From contig JAQGDQ010000140.1 of NCBI GenBank assembly GCA_030141605.1, forward strand, positions 124,001-188,000: a stretch of DNA of 64,000 nt. The letters run 5' to 3'. Source of the stretch: Tubiluchus corallicola. Its lineage: Eukaryota > Animalia > Priapulida. The translations under genes and the position numbers were made by a program. Shown here piece after piece: positions 54,601-64,000 of this stretch (position 1 is its first letter; each line of letters starts with the position of its first letter). The notes under the pieces were generated by a model that was not told the origin of the DNA, made no database searches, and saw only the letters and a program-made list of their open reading frames with translations.

Positions 54601-57600
54601 AACAGTAAATTAATCTGCTTAATATTTGGAAGCCCCTCATGTGGCGGGGCCCCTGGGGTCTGGGCTGTAGTCCATAAAACCAATGTCTTAATCCGGCACA
54701 GTGTATAAAAAGGAAAACACAGTCAGACATTAAGCATGGTGCAAATTTAGCAATTTTTTCTACCGGAAATGGGGATAAGCGGCGCATTTTTTCTGCCTAA
54801 ACTTTACATGGAAGGCTCTGATTAAATTCTTCATTCAAGTTATTTTCGTAAGGTTCGCAAAACGACAGTATTTTCAGTTTTCAGCTATTATACTGTACAG
54901 CGTGTACAGTGTATACACATACCCTGGGCTGACAAGTAATTGCATCCACCAGCTTCATGTGAAATGAATATAACAGAGTAATCTCCTCCTTGAGTTTTGT
55001 GTTAAAATATCGAAGTACTAACCGCATACACGTCAGTCAAATACATTTGGATTTGCCTTTTTAAAATACAGTGTATTTGGTGTAAGAATAAGTGGAGCGG
55101 TTAAATCTAGCATACGCCAACGAGAAAGTCATTAACATGGCGGCGTCCTTGTAGTAATACACGAGTATAAAATTTTGACGTTAAGACGCTTCTTCTTAGA
55201 CAACCTCATTAATTTCAACTACGCTGTAAACATTACAGTATGGTGTAAACAGCGCACCCACAACTACGTATACCGACTTAGAAAAGGTACAGTTTCATTA
55301 ATATGGAGACTTAGTTAATATGACAAGAATAAGAATAATTTTATTTTGCACACGTGGACAGTAAGAGTACTACATCAAGCTACGACGAAAGAATGCCAAA
55401 GGCGAGAGCGACATACGACCATACAATCCTGTGCTAATTGTTGCCCTTATTCTAATATTAAACTTCACAATATGCTGTAGTTGTACAGTGATCAGAAATA
55501 ATTATGATACAGGACAAAAATAAATGAAGTAGTGCAGAAACTGCACACGTTTTATATTTGAGATTGTGAGACATAATAAAATCAATAGCAGCAAGCTGTA
55601 ATGATGAATATAAACCTACTCAGTTTATCTATTTTTTACAAGATGAATGTAGTCTTGATGACTGTAAACTAGCTTAGTTTATCAGCTACAAGGACAGGTA
55701 ATCAGATATACTGACAACTTCCGCCTGTTTTTGGGCAGATTTACCGAAATTTCCTGGAGGACTGGCATTACATTTGCGTACCCGTTAAATGACGCTATAA
55801 ATAATGCTATGTTTTGCAACAGCATCATCACTGCATCAGTGGGTTCTTCCTTTCTTCAATGGATGCCTAAAATTCTAAATGCACAAAAAAGTTCCTGATA
55901 TTCTACTAAACTGACTGAGAGGTCAATACATCCAGATTACCCATAATCACTGAAATCAAGCACTAACATTTCCAGATCAAAATCTATCGACAAAATGCTT
56001 CAATAAACACAAAAGGAAAAGTATATCACAGTGGAAACTTTTCTCACACACAAAAATATCTAACATACAAAACAACCTTGAACAGGCTTAACTTACTTCT
56101 GGATATAAAGGTCAATGCATTCACTTGCACACATATTTCTGGCATATGCTATAAATCAGGCATGAAATCAGTCATGCGGGCAACTACAGGAAGAATGGGA
56201 TTTAGCCATTTACCGGCCTATCAATTGCCTATTATCCGCACGAAATCCATCAGAGAGATTCGCAGAGGGCGCTCTGGAACTCATCGATCCACAGCTTCTA
56301 TGCCATCTGGGTCCAAGGCCATAGGATCAATACTTTTTTAAATATCGGCAACTTCTGTACATAAGAGGTTTTTTACCATTCCACAGTCTCTGGCACTTGC
56401 GAATTATTTCTTGAAAAAGCTGTAGTCTTGATCAATGAAGCTGCTGACAGCAACATTGCCACAGTCCAGCCACGAGGTTGTGTGCACAAGAGTATTGATT
56501 AGAGGCACACAAGAGTGAGAAACCAAATAAACAGGCAGTTAATGGTGCATGGGGTCCCCAGATACTCAGAATAATGACATTCCATCTTCAAATGACTCGT
56601 TCCATTACCGTAACCGTAGAGGCACAGACAAGATCCCAAATGCTAGCTGCAATAAAAATGTTGCATCCCCACTATGTATGAGCTGGTAAGAGTTCGCTGT
56701 ATATCTTAATGAAATTAAAATGTTTTTAATACACGCTGCAAGCAGGAATGGCAAGCTCTACTCAACAAAAATTTTGCGGCATGGCTGAAGCCTACCTTAT
56801 TGTCAAAGACATCCTTATAAGACGAGTCACTGAACTAGTAGATGTGTCGTAGCTACATTCGTACGTATACAGATGTATACATATATATATATATACACAT
56901 CTGTATATGTTTATATATATATATACGCATAGATATAAAAAAGGCTTACGAATGATACCACTTGTTTGAATCCAGGCGGCCACACGCCACTCCCATAAAG
57001 CATGCACACCTACCCACTCAACCATGAAATCATTGTAAAATGGAAGAAGATGCAAATCAACTGCAAAAATTCACATTTTGCTGACTGCAGAGCTGTAGAA
57101 AAGCTCAACCAGATAATATCCCTGGGGAAAGATCGCAAGGATAGTAACTTTAGGTGCTTCTATGAATGACCTACACCCATCTTCACTTACATAGGACTGT
57201 AGCAAACTATGAGTAAGAAAGCCTTAAATTGAACAAAATAAATACAATTGAATTAAAAACGCGTTGTTTTATTAGCTTTTCTAAAAATGCAGTGAAATAG
57301 ATTAGGAAATACCAGGATGGTCACAATGTTTTTGGCACACAATAAGTTAAACAGCTCCAAATCTACTTTGTAAATGAATGGGTGATGGGAAACTGTTCCC
57401 TTGTGGTTGTGCTTACCATGCAACCGAAGTTGAAGGAATGGTACACACATGCGAATATGGCTAACATACTTAGACGTTTTAGTGGTTCTTTTTAATAGGA
57501 TTATCATTGATGCTGCTCAGCTGTTACCACAACCATTCAATAGCAGCAAGGCGTGGCTTTGATTGTTGGGTTTCACCTCGCAATGCCAAACTATATGAAA

Positions 57601-60600
57601 AATGCTTTGCCGTGCAACAATGCATGGGTACAATACCACTAACAGCTTCACAATTTGCAAATTCTGAAATTGGTACTTCAAAATAAGGAGGTAACTTGAG
57701 ATATATTGCTAGACTAGCTTACTGATTGTCTAGCTACGATAGTGGGATGCCACTGAAATGGCAAGATTATGTAGTATGAACCATATTTTTAAATTTACTA
57801 TAGAAAATGTAAAGTGTGAACTTAATAGCGAGCAAAGCAAAAACATGCACATATTTTCTTTAGCAAAAGGAGCGTCCTTGCAGTGAATCTAGGAAGGAAA
57901 ATAACTCCTAACTTTTTCCACTTGTTCGGTGAAATCCCGCAAGGTAACAGCAACAGTGCAAAATGACAACGACAACAAAGCTGCAGTTAAAAATAGGCCC
58001 GTTCATCAAAACTTTCACAGATTCAAAGCAGCTTAAGGAACTACTAGTTCAAACGAAAATGCGAGGACGACTTATTGATTGTGAGCGGCATTTAGCAATC
58101 AATTATTGAACAAGCAAACATCAGAGATGACTCCCAAGCACACAATCTCTGCTATCACGTGATATCACATAGCTGGGACTTCTAATTCTCAAATCAATAC
58201 GACCCATTCAGCAAATGAATTTAGTCCTTGTCAACTTTTCTGAGCAATCTCGCCACAAGCGTGTTCAAATACACAGTAGATGCACTTATAGTAGCAAGAA
58301 TGATGACAGTTCAGTGGTCAAATGCACCAGGGTTACCGATTTAAGACAAATTTACAGAAACTGGATGTGCAGAAATAATCTGAAGTTCCCTTACTGTACT
58401 GGTAATCAAAAATGAAGGTACTTTGAAAAATGCCAAGGAAAATACTGCACCACCAGAAAAAATGTTTCTCTGGTAAGAGCTAACTTCTTGTTTCACGGCG
58501 AATGTTTTGTAGGTGCCTTATGCCACTTGTAAATTAGTTGCAGAAATTCTGTTTTTCTGGATGTGCATGCACATTTCTACTGTAGTCCTTACCTTGGGTG
58601 ATCCAGTGGTGGTCTTGTTTGGAGCAATTAATATAGAAAACTACATGTAATTCACATATCTCAAACAACTGCGGCGGAAGTTTTCGATGCGGATTTTCTG
58701 TGCCTCCTTTATTTACATGAGAGAGCTTTCCTTTGCGCAACACTTTTCAAAAGTCAACACCACCCACACAGTGCAGAAAATGATTAGTCATTTAAAGGCA
58801 AGTGTTATCATCAAGGTGTGTGATTGGCAACTATAGTTAAGCCATGCTGAGCCTGGTTAGTATTTTGATAAGTAGCTATTGAGAAACTACTTCCGGGATA
58901 CAATTACCATTAGTCGGAGGTTCTGCAGTTGAGTGATGGATTTTCATTTTCAGCGAGTTGGCTGGCAATATATGAATTACATAAAAAAGGACATGACGTC
59001 ATTGCTGATCAGGAGAGTACAAGATCCAAAATTTGACAACGAAGGAATAACAGAGCTTGTATAATATTCTACTGAGTGCATTAAATTCAGACGAGACTGC
59101 AGCAAAATAGTTCTAATATAGCTGTTGTCAATGACAGGTCGTACTTGGAGTTACAGAATGAAGTAGGAAAAACTAACAATTGAACTGCAGAGACTTGCTG
59201 CTGACAACCAGGTATAACCACAAGCCTGGCTTGACACGTTTCTCGCCGGCATGTTATCCAATCAGAGAGTTTCCATGCACTATACATCTTTCCATGAACC
59301 AATTAAAAACAGCCACACCTGATTCACATTTCAATAATTAAGCTTCTGGCACACCCCAAGCTTTTACCAAAATCATCTTCTACATTTAGGTTCTAATATT
59401 TAAGTTTAAATTTATAATTTTACAATTTATACTAGTTGTATATTTAACAGACTTTTTACTTTATCATAGCATTTTGGGGGCGGGGTGATAAATAACAATT
59501 TTTGTAAAATCATCAAGCTCCAAAATTTGCAGTCTTTAGAAATAACAACCTTTTAACCAAATGCAATAGCGCTGCTTGTGACTTTATTAGTTTTAGATCA
59601 CCCTTAACTGGTAAAGAGATAAATTACTGAAACAGTAAACAGTGAAAAGAAGAATTGGGTCACAGGTCTTGCTTCAGCCATTTAGAAAGCGAGTACTTGA
59701 TGTTACAGTGTGCAAACTCATAAAAGTGCGACACATTGGCCAAATCTCAAAGTGCAAACTAGTCTGTTACATACTTTGGTAATGTTTTCAAGCTCATAAC
59801 AGATCAGATTGCTTTCTTTTCAGAAGCTTGAGGTGGCAACCGTTTTCAACTGCTGAAGTGAGTAGTACTGTTTGCAGATCAATTAATTTTGATCAAGTCT
59901 AAACGATAAACTTTCAGTGTCTAAGGCACTAGTAGCAAATAAGACTATGGCAACGCAGCACCATCGAACTGCAGTGCTTAAAAAATATGAAACACTGGAT
60001 GTACAGATAGATAATGGAATATACAGGTTAACCTTCAACCGACCAGCAAAAAATAATGCAATAAGTTTGAAAATGTTTGAAGAAGTTCCCGAGGCTCTTA
60101 AGGAAGCTGGAAACAACGAAAACGTGGTTATATGTTACGTCACTGGAGCAGGGAATTACTACAGCAGCGGAAATGATATAAACAATTTCATCGCAAAACT
60201 AAATATTGATCCAGCAGAGCAGCCCAAGCATGCCAAGGATGTCATAAAGAATTTTGTGGCTGCATTTATTGACTTTCCAAAACTTCTAATAGCCGGCCTC
60301 AATGGTCCAGCAATAGGAGTAGCAACTACTACTCTGGGTCTGTTCGATGCTGTCTACGCATCCGACAGAGCAACTCTGCACACTCCTTTTATCCCATTGG
60401 GACTCTGTCCAGAAGGATGTTCATGTTACATATTCCCGAGGATTATGGGACAGGCAAGGGCTTCAGAACTCTTGATGTTTAATAGAAAAATCACTGCAAA
60501 GCAAGCTGCCGATTGGGGGCTCGTAACAGAAGTTTTCCCGCATGATCGCTTTCACGGTGAAGTAGAAACGCGACTCCGAAGGTACAGTGAATTTCCCAAA

Positions 60601-61413
60601 CAATCAATGATTTTATCTAAGCAACTAATTCGAGGTTTTCAAAAGGAGATGTTACACAAAGTGAATGAAAGAGAATTAGATTTAGTAGGACAACTTATGC
60701 AGTCAGAGGAGGCCAAGAATGCCATTGTAACATTTTTCTCCAGAAAATCAAAAATGTAATGTTTTCTGTAGGAGAGTGATTCTTCATTAGAAGAACATTA
60801 TTGTGTACTGATAATGCTGAAACTAAGTAGATTTTTGTGTAATACCATGATCGTTAATCATTGAGATATTTTTACTAAAATTCAGAGACCTTAACTGATC
60901 AATAAAAAAATATAAGTACGATGTAAAGTAAGAGAAAAAAATTAATTTAAATATTCTTTTTGGTAAGATTACAAGCAAACACATGCAACTTAAGTACACG
61001 TAACTGATCTAAACATACCTAAAGTACAAGTTTTTGTAACTGAATAAAAGTTCATTACAGTAGGAAAATATATAGTAAAATAATTATATTCTAATAATTA
61101 AAACAAAATTTCATTATTGTTCAAAATAATTGAAGTCGAGATGAACAATGCCTTTGCACTCTCACATGTATTTAAATGTATTTTAACTAAATGTTCTCAC
61201 TAAAAGTAAATGGAATTTACAATTGCAAAAGGCTTCAGCAAGTCATTAATAGAACATTTACATAGCTTACAGTGAAACAGTTGAATTTAGTAAAAAAGCA
61301 GCAATTTTTTATTATTTTTTTCATTGATGTTTTGAAAAAATAGTGAGCCATACCTGTTTCTCATAACCTTGTATGTGTGCAGAGAGACACTGTGTGGCAG
61401 CACTCAACTCGCT
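24101..61413 (-). CDS. APPL1: APPL1/2-like adaptor (DCC-interacting protein 13; BAR-PH-PTB), 5' exons outside window
   Basis: Phase-consistent exons on minus: 61413-61354 (SELSAATQ...GYEKQ), 52877-52806 (KFPLETEDSILGSTLRQFAQTIDE), 43835-43706 (VLATQLSDGMMFPL), 42831-42719 (RYTRLSKKKEN), 40932-40754 (ALNLLQYK...LLEPLLGY), 40317-40147 (KGGYL), 39085-39007 (WDREYFFT), 36875-36726 (DRRWVF...LQAEN), 35261-35128 (WVATLRNI), 33176-33036 (PIQFDMISP), 31132-31011 (RRINPF...VKFCGSM), 28732-28624, 27474-27388, 26031-25851 (RLFGFV...CHVFE), 24839-24644/24632, tentative last exon from 24105. Matches remembered human APPL1 motifs in order; the 3' end is ambiguous. Confidence 0.93.
26715..27210. mobile_element. 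Degenerate Tigger-type MITE
   Basis: Left taaactacgtataactcgaa, right ttcgagtttactg-TA; subterminal ataactcg motifs like those of 18836-19324. Confidence 0.45.
28810..29197. repeat. 34-bp minisatellite, about 11 copies
   Basis: Unit taagggatagctcagcatatgttaaatttttgac (e.g. at 29047 and 29081). Confidence 0.95.
29378..29933. mobile_element. Young Tc1/mariner-type MITE, copy 2
   Basis: Same TIRs and TA flanks as 22891-23450, with few differences. Confidence 0.92.
30555..30671. repeat. (CTAA)n microsatellite
   Basis: Direct observation. Confidence 0.95.
34061..34409. mobile_element. hAT-like MITE
   Basis: CAGGGGCGT ... ACGCCCCTG termini; partly matching 8-bp flanks ctgctata / ctgccacg. Confidence 0.6.
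34678..34985. mobile_element. hAT (Charlie-type) MITE
   Basis: CAGTGGTTCCCAAA ... TTTGGAAACCACTG with a perfect 8-bp TSD TTCTAGTG (34670-34677 and 34986-34993). Confidence 0.9.
35439..35941. mobile_element. Kolobok-like MITE
   Basis: TTAA-AGGAAAGG ... CCTTTCCT-TTAA. Confidence 0.6.
36901..36952. repeat. (CA)n microsatellite
   Basis: Direct observation. Confidence 0.9.
39182..39655. mobile_element. hAT MITE, copy 1
   Basis: CAGGGGTGTGCA ... TGCACACCCCTG with a perfect 8-bp TSD ATGTACAT; second copy starts at 63567. Confidence 0.92.
42306..42558. repeat. 19-bp minisatellite
   Basis: Unit cttacctaatttacttgt(c/g). Confidence 0.95.
44021..44860 (+). mobile_element. 5'-truncated CR1/L2-group LINE (3' end of ORF2, 3' UTR and (TCTTA)n tail)
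   Basis: Translates KLIYLSFVKSNFNFCPVIWHFCSKSNSQKLERLNFRALRLVYND and LQRQRLIAVEVFKIL...GKKSFSYYGATL, typical of the post-RT region; ends aaataaa...tatcttatcttatctta. Confidence 0.85.
48120..48500 (+). mobile_element. Decayed CR1 LINE ORF2 C-terminal fragment
   Basis: Translates EKDVRVTFD...KAKKMVGII...LYKVHVRPHLEFSSSVWHP...LEQVPR and FSHRTIDARNGLPNDVVCAPS, with stops and frameshifts. Confidence 0.85.
50719..52766. repeat. Homogeneous 51-bp minisatellite, about 40 copies
   Basis: Unit actctagcctagaataaaagctggagattcaactcgtaccacatctaaggt; the consensus unit has stops in all six frames. Confidence 0.97.
54441..54701. mobile_element. hAT-like MITE
   Basis: CAGGGCCGGATT ... AATCCGGCACAG imperfect TIRs with GGCCCC-rich subtermini. 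Confidence 0.55.
54780..55430. promoter_or_regulatory. CpG-rich promoter-like island with YY1-type motif AACATGGCGGCG inside an APPL intron
   Basis: Visibly higher CpG density than the flanks; aacatggcggcg at about 55135-55146; donor-like sites on both strands nearby. Confidence 0.35.
55800..59350 (-). mobile_element. Highly decayed LINE reverse-transcriptase remnants
   Basis: Scattered degenerate motifs on minus: NQAQHGL (~58850), ITQG (~58595), LDPDGI (~56310), LVLDFS (~55960). No intact ORF; boundaries approximate. Confidence 0.4.
59947..60759 (+). CDS. ECI2: Enoyl-CoA delta isomerase 2-like (crotonase fold, no ACBP domain), intronless CDS nested antisense in an APPL intron
   Basis: Motifs FNRPAKNNAI, GAGNYYSSGND, FVAAFIDFPKLLIAGLNGPAIG and TPFIPLGLCPEGCS (catalytic Glu position) are typical of ECI2/PECI; C-terminal SKM is a PTS1-type tripeptide. 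First genomic ATG is 59947; the ORF-track start at 59917 is GTG overlapping an acceptor. AATAAA at 60901. Confidence 0.9.
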   Translation: MATQHHRTAVLKKYETLDVQIDNGIYRLTFNRPAKNNAISLKMFEEVPEALKEAGNNENVVICYVTGAGNYYSSGNDINNFIAKLNIDPAEQPKHAKDVIKNFVAAFIDFPKLLIAGLNGPAIGVATTTLGLFDAVYASDRATLHTPFIPLGLCPEGCSCYIFPRIMGQARASELLMFNRKITAKQAADWGLVTEVFPHDRFHGEVETRLRRYSEFPKQSMILSKQLIRGFQKEMLHKVNERELDLVGQLMQSEEAKNAIVTFFSRKSKM

Positions 61414-62969
61414 CTGGAAAAACAAGCACATTAAAAAAACTTGCCACTGGCGTATTTATTATACATTCCCACAACACGTGTAAATATTTGCCACAAAGCA
61501 CTGTTGACAAATTAAGACAAATAAATCCCACACGCTCCTATGTGTATTTATTTGATCAAGGGGAAAGAAATATACGTATGCGTATCTTGAGTAGGTTAAG
61601 AAATTCTATGGAAAGGAACTGCACAGCTGCACAGTACCGGATAAGAGAAAAGCGAAACATTCGAAATCCATATGAAGTGTAATAATTACTGTTGAATCAA
61701 CTGTGAAGTACAGTGTTTGGTTGGCAAACGGTATTGCAGTTATGACATTGTACATGTGACCGTGCTTACTTTTTATGCAATTCGGAATCGTGCAAGCCAG
61801 ATGGTTGTGTCGCTGCCTGAATCTAGCTCATTGTCAATGCTATGTCTCTAAGATGAGCCATATTTTCTTTGACAGCCATGTTTGGATGTGAGTACATCCT
61901 CTACTAAGTGAACAGTCACAATCAGCATGGCAAATGGAACTGCCACAACAAGATTTAAAGCAGATCACCCATCCTTTAACTGACTAGACTTAAGTTTGGT
62001 CACCAAATTCAACTGCCAGACCAGCAGAAAATGCATTTCACCTTGTAAAGCATATAGTCTGCAAAATATGACCACTTAGTTACAAAGGAATGACTGTACG
62101 ACCATTACGACCGTTAGTGAGCTAGAATTTTTTTTTGTACATTTCAACCCAAGATGGTCAGCAGGCACTCAAGCTGCATGATGAACATATACCAAGGAAA
62201 ATAGGTGTGCCATAAATAATTTGATCTAGTGATAGTCCTGTCTGCTGACATTTCTAAACAAGTGGCATAGTTGTTGAGTTTATAGGAAAGAATGTTCTCG
62301 CAAAGATTTTCACATATAAGAGGCCCGAGCAAAAACCTAAATTTATGAGCACCGCTTTACATCTAGAAATGTCCAGGGTCAGAAACAGCTGCAAAGTGAG
62401 TACTGCAAGCAACTTGATTTAGTAAGGATCAATGAAAATGGATTCTGAGAGCAATGGTAAGTCAAAGAGACCAACAGAAAGGTTTTCCTACATTGTCGTG
62501 TGGCAACGGTTTTGCTATATTTAATACTTCTCGGATCCGAACACACGCTGACACAAATCAAATGTAAGACTTCTCTCCGACATAATAACACCTGTATAGC
62601 AGAGCACATAGTACAGTCAAACTTTTTTTATACTGCCCACTTTGATGCTCTAAATAAGTTGGCATGAAGCGAGTTTGCCATTTTAATGAGGTGCATTAAT
62701 GTATATACACATCTATACGAATATAGACATTTTCTTTTGCCAAAAATCTGAGCATTAAGAAAGGTTGGCATTACAAAGGGGGCGTCATAACGAGGTATGA
62801 CTGTATTACAATGGCAAGAAAGTGGTACAAGCTTCTCTTTATTTGCATTAAAGATGATAAGGTAAACTTGGCCGCATTTCAAAGCCAATTCAAGAGCTGT
62901 GTTAAGCAGTACGTCAAACACTTACAACTGGATGATGGTCAGAGTGGTATTGCAGAACAACTAGTAGCA

Positions 62970-63080
62970 GCATCACCAGCTTACAAGCTTAGAGAATCAT
63001 TGTCAGCTTACAAGCTTAGGGAATCATCACCATCGGCTTACAAGCTTAGGGAATCGTCATCAGCTTACAAGCTTAGGAAA
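62970..63080. repeat. 27-30-bp tandem repeat, 4 copies
   Basis: cagcttacaagcttagggaatcatcat repeated. Confidence 0.85.
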
Positions 63081-63566
63081 TCTGACAGATCATTAATGAA
63101 CAGTAGAAGCCGAGTTTGGGCTATTGCAGAACCCTGATAAACACAGACATTGATCTCATATTGATTTCATGCACATAAGGCTGCCCTTCATCAATGACTT
63201 GCTATCTGAGGTTGTTGAGACATTGATGATTTATATAGAAATCAGATTGTAGCCTGTACCATATGATTTATAGTTTCGGGGTAGGCCTTTGTGCAAGACT
63301 TTATCAAAAGCTTCAAATCTTGCTGTAGGCAGTTTCATTTGCCATGCTGATTCTGAGTATTATGTTTACTAAAGTGGGTCTGATCTATAATTACTGAAGT
63401 GAGATGCACTTATAAACTCTATGAGGCATACAGAATTTTACTCAATGTTGTTGTTCGTTATTGACATCGTTTGTAACATTTCTCTATAAGTGACGAAGAA
63501 ACCATAGCTGAGACTACAACATTTCCATTATGTTTCTAAACATTACCCATTTGCATAACCTTACTC

Positions 63567-64000
63567 CAGGGGTGTGCAAATTATCTGACTAACCGGGCCA
63601 CATTAAACTTTCCCGCAATTCCTGCGGGCCACAGGCAGTTTGATCAAGGAGCCAAGTACAGAAAGGCCTAATAACGATTTTTTTGGATCCGACCCACGTA
63701 CATCATTACTACTACACCCAAGAAACTATTTTAGAAGTTATTAAAATTTATATTACAAGCCATATATTTCTACTTTCAGGACAGATAGTGGTAATTTCAT
63801 TACAATGCATATTAGTAATGTGTATCACACAGTCTGTGTAGTACAGTGAAATTAAGCTACAACCATCTTGTAAGGGTTAATGGCATCCGATCTAGTAGAA
63901 AAAACTACCCACACTATCTTTGGGATGGTTGCACGGACTTCAGCTGGATACATTCAATTAATCGCCCGGGCCGCACTTTCATTAGGTTGACAAATCTTTT
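63567..64000. mobile_element. hAT MITE, copy 2 (cut by window end)
   Basis: Highly similar to 39182-39600, starting CAGGGGTGTGCA. Confidence 0.9.

Noticed and set aside
62811-63137. 108-aa ORF with SAYKLRES repeats
   Set aside because: Length inflated by a 27-30-bp tandem repeat within decayed LINE-like sequence; no recognisable domain.

Overview
AT-rich, intron-rich eukaryotic (invertebrate metazoan-like) genomic DNA, not prokaryotic. Four protein-coding genes were reconstructed by hand from GT-AG splice sites and reading phase. (1) A minus-strand, roughly 1,170-aa low-complexity protein with two U1/matrin-type C2H2 zinc fingers, an RG-rich N-terminus and RS/RD/His-rich regions (about 728-14002). 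(2) CHCHD4/MIA40 on + (16002-17937), head-to-head with gene 1. (3) APPL (BAR-PH-PTB adaptor) on -, from about 24101 to at least 61413, with its first exons outside the window. (4) An ECI2-like enoyl-CoA isomerase with an intronless CDS, nested antisense in an APPL intron (59947-60759). Introns hold many MITEs (Tc1/mariner-pogo type with TA, hAT type with 8-bp TSD, Kolobok type with TTAA), decayed LINE fragments and minisatellites. The most unusual items are a degenerate twister-ribozyme-like motif at the 5' end of an RTE-like fragment (14186-14260), repeats that multiply splice-site sequences next to APPL exons, an inverted duplication preserving a pre-insertion site between two convergent genes, and a CpG-rich promoter-like island inside the APPL intron. 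All calls were made by eye with no database searches.
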